The notes under the pieces: generated by a model | Seen by the model: the letters and a program-made list of their open reading frames with translations, nothing else | What the model was told of the DNA's origin: nothing | The model's database searches: none | Program-made: the position numbers and the translations under genes | In this document: one piece after another, positions 8,857 to 18,800 of the stretch | Layout of the letters: each line of letters begins with the position of its first letter | Position numbering within the stretch: position 1 is the first letter of the stretch | Assembly (NCBI GenBank): GCA_963811165.1 | Contig: CAWEQH010000010.1 | Coordinates: 96,001-160,000 of the forward strand | Direction: 5' to 3' | DNA length: 64,000 bases | Source of the DNA: an uncultured Nitrospiraceae bacterium | GTDB taxonomy: Bacteria; Nitrospirota; Thermodesulfovibrionia; Thermodesulfovibrionales; UBA6898

Positions 8857-11800
8857 ATGAGTTTATCAAGAAGAGATTTCCTGAAGCTTTCCGGAGGCAC
8901 GGCTGTTGCGGGAGCTATTGGTGCTGGTCTTGCTCCTCAAGAGGCATCCGCTGCCGAAAAGGAATTAAAGATCCAGGGAGCGAAGGAGACGAAAACGATC
9001 TGTCCTTACTGCTCAGTGGGCTGCGGCATCTCGGTCTACACAAAAGACGGAAAGGTCATCAACACCGAGGGCGATCCGGAGCATCCGACCAATGAGGGGA
9101 CCCTATGCTCCAAAGGCGCATCTTTATATCAGATTATAAACAACCCCCTGCGGTTAACGAAGCCGAAATATCGGGCGCCCGGCGCAACTGAATGGAAAGA
9201 TGTCGAGTGGGACTGGGCCCTTGACGAGATCGCAAAAAGGGTCAAAGAAACACGCGACAAGACTTTTAAGACCATGTCCAAGTCGAAGGTCAAGGAAAAG
9301 CAGCCCGACGGCAGTGAAGTCGAGGCCGAAAAGATGTTTGTCGTCAACAGAACAGACGGTATAGCCCATGTCGGAAGTGCGGCACTCGATAACGAAGAAT
9401 GCTATATGCTCCAGAAGCTACTCAGATCATGGGGACTTGTATATATAGAACACCAGGCCCGAATATGACACTCCGCAACTGTTGCGGCTCTGGCAGAGTC
9501 GTTCGGTCGCGGTGCAATGACGAACAACTGGATTGATATCAAGAACGCCGATGTTATCCTTGTGATGGGGGCGAACCCCGCTGAAAACCATCCGATATCG
9601 ATGAAATGGGTCCTGAGGGCAAAGGACAAAGGGGCGAAGCTCATCGTCGTAGACCCCCGATTTACACGCACGGCCACAAAGGCCGATATCTATGCTCCAA
9701 TGCGCTCAGGTACCGACATCGCCTTCCTGGGCGGGATGATCAAATATATTATCGATAAGAACCTCTATTTCAGGGAATATGTTGCCAATTATACGAATGC
9801 GTCTTTTCTTGTGAATCCCGAGTTCAAAGGTCCGTCGCAGCTCGATGGCCTCTTCTCAGGGTATGACCCCAAGACCAGGAAGTATGACAAAAAGACCTGG
9901 TCATTCCAGATGGACGACAAGGGCATACCGAAAAAAGACTTGACGCTAAGGGACCCCCACTGCGTATTTCAACTGTTAAGGAAACAGTATGCCCGCTATA
10001 CCCCCGAAAAGGTCTCATCCATAACAGGGACGCCGGTAGAAAAACTCATCGAGGTGTATAAGACCTTTGGTTCTACGGGAAGGCCCAATAGATCGGGCAC
10101 TGAGCTTTATGCGATGGGATGGACACAGCATACCATCGGCACGCAAAACATAAGGGCCATGTCGATAATACAGCTGCTTCTAGGGAACATCGGTATCGCA
10201 GGCGGAGGCATCAACGCGCTCAGGGGCGAATCCAACGTGCAGGGATCGACGGACAATGGACTTCTTTTCCATATTCTCCCCGGCTATCTGCCGGTCCCGT
10301 CCGCATCCCTCGTCGACCTGAAGGCCTATATAGAGAAGTTCACGCCTAAGACAAAAGACCCGAAGAGCGTCAACTGGTGGGGGAACCGCTCCAAATATAT
10401 TACGAGTTATCTGAAGGCAATATACGGAAAGAATGCGACCCCCGAAAACGATTTCGGATACACATGGCTCCCAAAGCTTGACGAAGGCATGAACGCCTCC
10501 TGGCTCATGCTTTTCGACCAGATGTTAAAGGGAAAATTCGAGGGCTTCTTTGCCTGGGGTCAAAACCCGGCCTGCTCCGGGTCGAATGCCGGCAAGGTGA
10601 GGAAGGCCCTGGCAAAACTCAAATGGATGGTCAATGTAAACCTCTTCGACAACGAGACAGGCTCCTTCTGGAAGGGGCCGGGGATGAACCCCGCGGAGAT
10701 ACAGACTGAGGTTTTTATGCTGCCTGCAAGTTCTTCAGTCGAGAAGGAGGGAAGTCTCACCAACAGCAGCAGGCTCGCCCAATGGAGATATGTGGCGATA
10801 AAACCTATCGGTGAATCGAAGCCCGATTCCGAGATAATGAACGAGCTCTATCTCAGGGTGAAAAAGCTCTATAAGGAAAAAGGCGGAAAGTTTACTGCGC
10901 CGATCATGAACCTCACCTGGGACTACGGAGAAAAGGGTCCTGACGGAAGGGTGAAGGAAGTGAATATCCATAACGTCGCCAAGGAGATCAACGGCTACTA
11001 CCTTGAGGACGTCTATGACAAGAAAGCTACGCCCCCGAAGCTCCTCGGCAAGAAGGGAGAGCTCTGCGCATCTTTCGTAACCCTCCAGGATGACGGCACT
11101 ACTTCATGCGGAAACTGGATTTACAGCCAGAGCTATACGCAGAAGGAAGGTAAGGTAATAAACATGATGGCCAGGAGGAAGACGACCGATCCGACCGGGC
11201 TCGGTCTATATCCTGAATGGGCATGGTGCTGGCCGGTCAACAGAAGGATACTTTACAACCGCGCTTCGGTAGATCTGAAAGGCAATCCGTGGGACCCCAA
11301 GAGAGCTGTTATCAAATGGAACCCCAATAAGGTTGACCCGAAGACAAAAGAGCCCGCTCCGGGATGGGATGGAGACGTCCCTGATGGTCCTGCGCCGCCC
11401 ATGGCCGACGAAAAAGGGAAATATCCATTTATTATGATGTCCACAGGGGTGGGCGGTATCTTCGGACCGGGTCTTGCAGAAGGGCCGTTCCCTGAACACT
11501 ATGAGGCGCTCGAATGTCCTCTCCAGGAAAATCCTATGTCAAAACAGAGGATAAACCCAACGGTCAAGATCTTTTATGAGAAAGGAAAGGGTTCGGTAGA
11601 AGACGTCTTTGCATCCTGCGATGTCCGGTTCCCGTTTGTGGGGACGACCTACCGTGTGAGCGAGCACTGGCAGACTGGGGTTATGACGAGGCATGTGCCC
11701 TGGCTTTTAGAGATGGTGCCGCAGCAGTTTGTGGAGATGAGCGAGGAACTGGCAAAGGAAAAGGGGATAAAGAACGGCCAGAAGGTGAAGGTCTCATCGG

Positions 11801-12027
11801 CGCGCGGCGAAGTCTGGGCGATCGCAGTGGTAACCCCAAGGTTTAAGCCCTTTAAAGTCGCCGGCAGCACAGTGCATCAGGTGGGACTCCCCTGGTGTTT
11901 TGGGTGGCAGCACCCGGCGGACGGAAGCGGAGGAGACAGCTCCAACCTGCTGACTCCGACGGTAGGCGATGCAAACACGATGATACCCGAGACAAAGGCC
12001 TTCATGGTCAATGTCGAGAAGATATAG
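8857..12027 (+). CDS. fdnG: Formate dehydrogenase alpha subunit (FdnG/FdhA type), selenocysteine at codon 204 (TGA 9466-9468), Tat signal
   Basis: ORFs 8857..9468 and 9517..12027 share a frame; read-through gives EHQARI-U-HSATVAALAESFGRGAMTN; SRRDFLK Tat motif; CPYCSVGC Fe-S motif; about 1056 aa. Confidence 0.95.
9484..9502 (+). promoter_or_regulatory. Bacterial SECIS hairpin of fdnG
   Basis: GCGGCTCT-GGC-AGAGTCGT stem-loop; loop G at +24/+25 after the UGA. Confidence 0.75.
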
Positions 12028-12036
12028 GAGGCGGAC

Positions 12037-12834
12037 ATGGCGAATGCTAAACCCAAGGGCGTACTCGTAGATTTGACGAGGTGTATCGGATGTCGCGGCT
12101 GTCAGATCGCCTGCAAACAATGGAACGAGCGGTCGGTCAAAAAGACTGTGATGTCCGGCAATTTCACGAACCCTCCGGATCTGAATTCGGAATGTTATAC
12201 AAGGATCAAATTTCATGAGAGGGAAGGACAGCAGGAGAGGATGGGATGGGATTTCACTAAGGTGCAGTGTATGCACTGTCAGGACCCGGCATGCGTATCG
12301 GCATGTCCCGTCGGGGCCTTTACAAAGACACCCGCGGGGCCGGTTATCTACCGCCCGGAAAGATGCATAGGATGCCGGTACTGTATGATCGCCTGTCCTT
12401 TTCAGGTGCCGAAGTACGAGTGGGAAAAGGTTTCTCCCCTGGTCCAGAAATGCACATTTTGCGCAGACAGGATAGCGGCCGGCATGATCCCGGCATGCAT
12501 CAAGGTTTGTCCGGCGGGAGTAATGTATTACGACGATCGGGAAAAGGTGGTCGAGGAGGCCGAAAGAAGGCTTAAAGATAATCCCGGGAAATACATTGAC
12601 CACATTTACGGAAAACAAGAGGCCGGCGGGACCGCATGGATGTATATATCGGCCATGCCTTTCGAACAACTGGGATTTAACACTGTGGTGCCTCACATAG
12701 CTCTTCCGAGCTTTACATGGGCCTCTTTGGCAAAAATACCTTATGCGGTCGGAGGTCTGGTTGTATTGCTTTCGGCTATCGCTTATATCAGAAACAGAGG
12801 TAACGGAGATTCCGCAGGAAAGGGGGATGAATAA
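12037..12834 (+). CDS. Formate dehydrogenase iron-sulfur subunit (FdnH/HybA-like, 4x[4Fe-4S], C-terminal TM anchor)
   Basis: CIGCRGCQIAC, CMHCQDPACVSACP, CIGCRYCMIACP, CTFC...CIKVCP; YGKQEAGGT. Confidence 0.92.
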   Translation: MANAKPKGVLVDLTRCIGCRGCQIACKQWNERSVKKTVMSGNFTNPPDLNSECYTRIKFHEREGQQERMGWDFTKVQCMHCQDPACVSACPVGAFTKTPAGPVIYRPERCIGCRYCMIACPFQVPKYEWEKVSPLVQKCTFCADRIAAGMIPACIKVCPAGVMYYDDREKVVEEAERRLKDNPGKYIDHIYGKQEAGGTAWMYISAMPFEQLGFNTVVPHIALPSFTWASLAKIPYAVGGLVVLLSAIAYIRNRGNGDSAGKGDE

Positions 12835-12836
12835 TC

Positions 12837-13970
12837 ATGAACAATAATGCGAATAAAATACCTCTTTTTTCATTCGGGACTTTGATAGTGCTGGTGCTGA
12901 TAGGCCTCGGCGCCATCGCGGCCTTTTACAGGTTTTCACACGGCTTGGGAGCTTCGACGGACTTGAAAGACAATTTCCCGTGGGGCTTATGGGTAGGGTT
13001 CGACGTATTGAGCGGGGTCGCGCTTGCCGCAGGGGGGTTTACTATTACCGCAGCTGCGTATATCTTCAATATGAAAAAGTATAAATCCATAACCCGGCCC
13101 GCGATCCTGACTGCATTTATCGGATATCTGATGGTGGTCTGCGGACTTGTTGTGGATATCGGGCAGCCGCTGAGGTTCTGGCATCCTCTGGTTATGTGGA
13201 ACTACCGGTCGGTTATGTTTGAGGTCGTCATGTGTATAACCCTTTATACTACAGTGCTTGCCCTGGAATTTGCACCCGCCGTCCTTGAAAGGCTGCAATG
13301 GACCGGCCTGCTCAAGATACTGAAGTTCTTCATGTTCCCCCTGGTGATTGCGGGTATTGTGCTCTCTTTTCTTCATCAGTCCTCTCTGGGGGCATTTTAT
13401 CTTATCGCTCCCGCAAAGCTTTCGAAGCTCTGGTACTCTCCGCTCATGCCTCAGCTTTTCTATCTCTCTGCGATCGCCCTTGGTCTTGCGATGGTCTCTT
13501 TTGAATCGATTGTGAGCGCCAAGGTATTCAAAAGAGAGCCTGAAAGGGACATCATCAAGGGTCTGGGCAAAGGAACGGCTATTGCGTTGCTTATATATCT
13601 TGTCGTAAAGATCGCAGATCTGGCGGTCAGGGGAGTCATCCCGCTGGTGTTCGATGGAAACACGGCCGGCAAGTATTTTATTGCCGAGTTGCTGGTGGGG
13701 GTCATAATCCCAATGGCGATGCTTTCGATTAGAAAGGTCAGGGAGTCTGTAGGAGGGGTCCTGTTTTCAGTGACCCTTGTCATAATAGGGATGGTATTTA
13801 ACCGGTTCAACGTCACCTTTTTTGCCCAGACCTCATCAGGTGCTGCCTATTTCCCGACCTGGAGAGAGATGGCAATATCCGTCGGCCTCATCTGCCTTGG
13901 GATATTTCTCTACAGGCTTGCGGTGAAGTTCCTGCCCATCCTGCCGGAGGGGGAGGCCGGTCATCAATGA
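12837..13970 (+). CDS. NrfD/HybB-family integral membrane subunit
   Basis: PWGLWVGFDVLSGVALAAGGF, DIGQPLRFWH, SVMFEV, LHQSSLG; many TM helices. Confidence 0.9.
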   Translation: MNNNANKIPLFSFGTLIVLVLIGLGAIAAFYRFSHGLGASTDLKDNFPWGLWVGFDVLSGVALAAGGFTITAAAYIFNMKKYKSITRPAILTAFIGYLMVVCGLVVDIGQPLRFWHPLVMWNYRSVMFEVVMCITLYTTVLALEFAPAVLERLQWTGLLKILKFFMFPLVIAGIVLSFLHQSSLGAFYLIAPAKLSKLWYSPLMPQLFYLSAIALGLAMVSFESIVSAKVFKREPERDIIKGLGKGTAIALLIYLVVKIADLAVRGVIPLVFDGNTAGKYFIAELLVGVIIPMAMLSIRKVRESVGGVLFSVTLVIIGMVFNRFNVTFFAQTSSGAAYFPTWREMAISVGLICLGIFLYRLAVKFLPILPEGEAGHQ

Positions 13971-13980
13971 TCCGAAAACC

Positions 13981-14008
13981 TGTCCTCTCCCGGGGAGGGA
14001 GAGGACAA
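13981..14008. repeat. Intergenic palindrome (REP-like hairpin)
   Basis: TGTCCTCTCC-CGGGGAG-GGAGAGGACA; no U-tract. Confidence 0.55.
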
Positions 14009-14046
14009 GGCCGCCTGAGGGCAAAGAGTGAAAGGTCGGTGCCGCT

Positions 14047-14634
14047 ATGAACTGGAGACCATATGCGGCGCTTATCCTCCTGTTTTGTCTGCCTGCCTTC
14101 GCAGCCGAGCGCACGAACGTCCCCATCGCAGACTCTCCGCAGCTTGGACCCCGCAACGCTCCCGTCACCATCGTAGAGTTTCTTGATTTTCAGTGACCGC
14201 ACTGCAAGGCGGCCGGTCCGACCGTCAGGAAAATTATGGATACCTTCAAAGGCAAGGTAAGGCTTGTAATCAAAAACTACCCGTATATATACCGTGATTA
14301 TTCACATATGGCGGCCGAGGCAGCACTTTCGGCCGGCGATCAGGGCAGATACTGGGAGATGCACGACATGCTTCTTAAAAATTCGCCAAAACTGGACCGG
14401 GACAGCCTGTTGCGGTACGCAAAGGAAATCGGTCTCGATATGAAGGCCTTTACGGATTCTCTTGACAGGATGAAGCACTCTGCGCTAATCGAAAGGGACA
14501 AAAAGTTAGCCGTCGACCTCGGTCTGTATAGTACGCCGACTTTTTTTATTAACGGCAGAAAGGTCGTCGGGGACGTTCCATATGATTATCTGAAAAAAAT
14601 CGTGGAAGAGGAGTTGAGGAATGCCAGGAGATAA
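14047..14634 (+). CDS. Exported DsbA/thioredoxin-fold selenoprotein, UPHC active site (Sec50, TGA 14194-14196)
   Basis: ATG 14047 is in frame with ORF 14236..14634; translation MNWRPYAALILLFCLPAFA-AERTNVPIADSPQLGPRNAPVTIVEFLDFQ-U-PHCKAAGPTVRKIMDTFKGKV...STPTFFING. Confidence 0.9.
14208..14226 (+). promoter_or_regulatory. Putative SECIS hairpin of the DsbA-like gene
   Basis: GGCGGCC-GGTCC-GACCGTC stem-loop with one mismatch; GGUC in the loop starting at +19. Confidence 0.6.
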
Positions 14635-15703
14635 AAAGCCCTTGCGAATCGTTCATGCGTGTATCTGTCTGCTTTTAGTACTTATCGGGCAGGCCTCAGC
14701 GGTCAACGCGGATACCCTCGGGCCTCTTCGGACTGTACCTGTTCCTGCGAATAATCTCCAGACGCCGGAGAAGATCGAACTCGGGAAGAAATTGTTTTTT
14801 GACAGGAGGCTTTCAGGCGACGGCACGATGAGCTGCGCCACATGCCATAACCCGGAGCTGGCCTTCACAGACGGGCTCGACATATCCCTCAGTTATCCGA
14901 CCACGAAGAACTGGAGGAATTCGCCTACGCTTATCAACGTCGCCTTCCGGAAATACCTGTTTCATGACGGAAGGGCGCAGACGCTCGAAGAACAGGCGCT
15001 TTTCCCGATGATGTCCGCCTTTGAAATGAACAAGAACCTCGACTACCTCGAGGAACATATAAGGTCGGTGCCGGAATATGCCGGGGAGTTCAGGAAGGTC
15101 TTTGGCGCAGAGGTGACGCGGGGGAGGATCGCGATGGCCATTGCCTCTTTCGAAAGGACGCTGATATCAAAAAATGCGCCCCTCGATCTGTTTTTGCAAG
15201 GCGATGGTAAAGCCCTTTCAGCCGGCGCGAGACGGGGCCTGGAGGTCTTCAAAGGAAAAGGGCGGTGCAGCGACTGTCATTTAGGCGCGGACCTTACCGA
15301 TGATAAGTTCTTTGCCCTGAACGTGCCGGAGAATCCGAAATTGCTCGATGACCCGCGAGTTACCACGACCATGCGCTTTGTGGCAAAGATCTACCATTAT
15401 GAAGAGTACCGCAACCTCAAGGAGGACCTGGGCCGATATCTTATCACGAAGGACAAAAAAGACCGGAAGGCCTTCAGGACCCCGACGCTTCGGGATATCG
15501 CAAAGACCGCCCCCTATATGCATAACGGCGTGTTCAGTTCTCTTGAGGAGGTCATTGATTTCTTCAATGACGGAGGGGGAGAAGGTAACACTGCCCTTAA
15601 ACCGCTCGGACTGACGGCGGAGGAAAAAAAGGACCTCAAGACATTCCTTGCCGGGGCCCTCTCAGGCGAAGAATTAGTAATCAAAGTTCCCGAAATACCG
15701 TAA
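14621..15703 (+). CDS. Di-heme cytochrome c peroxidase/MauG superfamily protein, exported
   Basis: Signal peptide; LGKKLFFDRRLS, CATCH, RNSPT, CSDCH, FRTPTLR, APYMHNG; overlaps the upstream gene by 14 nt. Confidence 0.92.
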   Translation: MPGDKKPLRIVHACICLLLVLIGQASAVNADTLGPLRTVPVPANNLQTPEKIELGKKLFFDRRLSGDGTMSCATCHNPELAFTDGLDISLSYPTTKNWRNSPTLINVAFRKYLFHDGRAQTLEEQALFPMMSAFEMNKNLDYLEEHIRSVPEYAGEFRKVFGAEVTRGRIAMAIASFERTLISKNAPLDLFLQGDGKALSAGARRGLEVFKGKGRCSDCHLGADLTDDKFFALNVPENPKLLDDPRVTTTMRFVAKIYHYEEYRNLKEDLGRYLITKDKKDRKAFRTPTLRDIAKTAPYMHNGVFSSLEEVIDFFNDGGGEGNTALKPLGLTAEEKKDLKTFLAGALSGEELVIKVPEIP

Positions 15704-15837
15704 GAGAAAAAAGCTGCGAAGAGGGCCGAGAAGGAAGAAAATTTGTTTAAGCGGGAGATTAGGACCATGAGGACAAGATCATGATAAAATGAATATATGG
15801 AGTTGAACCCGATGTCATCAAAGCCCTTCAGGTAAAT

Positions 15838-18800
15838 TTGGCGGATTACCGTGTCGACGTCACCATCGATCCAAAATATTGCGTTATACAGGAAGTAATG
15901 TCCAAGTATTTCGGTCTGCAAAAAGAGTTGGATATTTTTCTGAAGGAGAATTGCCACCCCTACAAGAACTGGCAATTCATTGTGCATGAGACAAGGACTT
16001 TTTCTCTCGGTTATTTCTACGATTTAAGGACCGAACCAAGGGGTCCCGAGGCAGTCAAACTCTATATTGAAATCGCGCTTGAGGCCATCGAGAAGGCCAA
16101 AGAAACAGACGTAAAAACAGATGCATATAATACTGTCTTCCTCCTCCTGCAGAAATGTATTCAGGAATCCGGGGAAGAACTGAAAAGGTTCCTGCCTGTG
16201 ATAGAGTATGGTTTTGACCGGATAAGCCAATTCCCCCCTGACCTTTTTGCTCTTATCGCCAGGAGCTACTATCAGTTGAACAGGCTTGCCGAGAACTTTC
16301 TTAAGAATACGCCCGAGGAGACAGACTTCCGGACCGTTAATTCTCTCTTGGTCAATTATTTCCAGTATACTTTTTCCTACTGGCTCTCTGAAAAAGATCC
16401 CGGAGAATGGTTCGCAGGCGAAATCCCCCACAATGTTCCCGCGGAAATAGCCGTCCTCTTCGGACCTCTCTCTCACGTGCAGATAAAGACCCGGCAGACA
16501 CGACTTTGGGGCATAGCAGGCAGGAAAGACAACGGTTCCCGCGACACTCTCAAGGACCTTCTTGAACTGCCGGGATACGGGAATTTCGTCAGCGCCTACC
16601 AGGACCTGCCCGAGAAGATATTTAACGCAATTCCCGATGAAAAGCTGAAACACCATTACAAAATGATTTTTCTTTTTCATATGATGAATATGGCCGGATT
16701 ATCGAATATCCACGAGGAAACGCTCAAAGAGATCAACCGTACAATCGCCTGGCTTATCTATCATGAAGACATTCAAAATGTGAAACTGTTGATTCAAAAG
16801 ACCTTCGGTATTCTGAAGGAGATCTCGGACAAATATCCGGAAACGGTGCTCAAGTCTGTGTTGAACATGGGAATGGGCGTATACAAAACCGATGAAAGCG
16901 ACCTGGTCCATTTTTTCAACGAGCAGGTCGTACGGTTAGGGTTTCAGACCCCGGACTTCAGAGGGATCAGTGACGACTGGCAGATCCAGAGCAATCTTGC
17001 CCATATCCAGAACATCCGCGTCTGGATGGAATTGATTAAGCTGAACCCGAAGTGGTCCAAGAAACTTCTCTCTTCTCTTATCATCCACCTTTCACTCAGC
17101 GGTGTCCTCATTAAGGATACCGATTTGTTCCCGAGGGACATCACCAGTTTTTTAAACAGCGACATCCGGCCGGTGTATAATCTTTCGAAACAGCTCATGC
17201 GGCTTTTCCCCGCCTACTTCAACGAAATAGGGGCTGAGGGACTGCTCAGGGACATCTCTACGGAGATCGACGAGATAAGTAAGCGCAAGGATGTCCTGAT
17301 ACATTTCCTGAGGAAACTGAGTCATGTGGAGAGCTCAAACAAGATCGTACCGCTCATAGAAGCCACCCTTGATTTCTGGAAGACTAAATCGAAAGAAAGA
17401 CTGAGGCCCTATCTGCCGCAGAATCTCTACGACCAGATAGAAACAGAGGGCCCTTACATCGATGGCGTCAACACGGTAATAAACCGTATTTTTCAGGCCG
17501 GGGGCCTTGCCGGGATTTCCGACCTCCTGTCGCTCGGGGCAGACTACATGGCGGAATTCTCCGGAGAATTTATCGAAGAATACCGGCCCGATATCGAGAG
17601 GGTCAGGCTGGCGGTGAATTTTTATAAACTCTTGAACCAGAAATACTGCATCGGCAGCTGCGAGGTGATCGACTACATAGCCCAGGTGCGGTCAAGCGTT
17701 CCCTTTATATTCGATGGACTGAGAGATACCCTCTCCTTAAAAGATACCTTCAGGAAGGCCTCCGGGCTGCTCGATTACCTCCAGAAGTTGAAGAAAATTA
17801 TCCTGTCGCCTGTAAAATTTGATATACACGAGGATATTTACCGGAAACGTCACATCGCCGCCGACATACCTTCCATGTACGGCAGCTACCGTGAAGAAAA
17901 ATTCGATGCGCTGGGGCTCACCTTCCGGCTGGAGTTTCTCGTGAATACCCTTTTTGAGGAGCTGATAGAAGACTTTGATTTCGGGTTTATCACTCATGGA
18001 ACGTTTGAGCGGATATATGAATACCTGAAGCTCTTCAACCGGGCACTGAATATAGACGGTATTCCCACCAGGGAATTTCAACAGCAGCTCGAATTACTCA
18101 ACCGGGCGCTTAAGATAAGGATGGTCACTTTCACCCAGTACATGGATATCTTTCGCGGTTTTACGCAGGTCGTCCGCAACCTGGTCGGCAACTATTTCAA
18201 TAATATCCACCAGGAAAACCTGAGGGAGATCGCGATCGCGCTGCCGGCAGAAAAACTCCTCCCGAAATATCTCCATGAGTCGGATAGCCGTGAAGAGCTG
18301 TTTCAAAAGGTTGCCGAGATATTCTTAAGAGATACGATAGCGTCTTCGCTGGGTATACAGAGACTTGATCTCTTCCTGACGCGAATCTCAAATACGCTCC
18401 ACGAGCAGGCCGGGAGGCTCCCCCTCGATAAACATTATTTGCTCCTGACGTATAACCCGCGGAATATCATAACCTCAATTTCGGCGCCTGATGAAAGTCT
18501 TCTCGATCTTGTCCAATTGGGGAATAAAGGGCTCAACATCGTGAAGATGAAAAAGCTGGGACTGCCGGTCCCGCCGGGTTTTATCATCACAACGGAGGTA
18601 TTCAGATGCAGGGACCTCATAGACGCGTATCCGCCTGCCAAGGAAGATTTCAAGGCGCAAATAGACAGGGAAATTGCGAATCTCGAAAAACTCACGGGAA
18701 AGACATTCGGCGCCCCTGAGAACCCGCTGCTCGTTTCCGTAAGAAGCGGCGGCCCCGTATCGCAGCCGGGAATGATGGATTCATATCTGAATGTGGGAAT

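Noticed and set aside
13981..14008. Intrinsic terminator after hybB
   Set aside because: Strong stem but no U-tract; treated as a REP-like or stability hairpin
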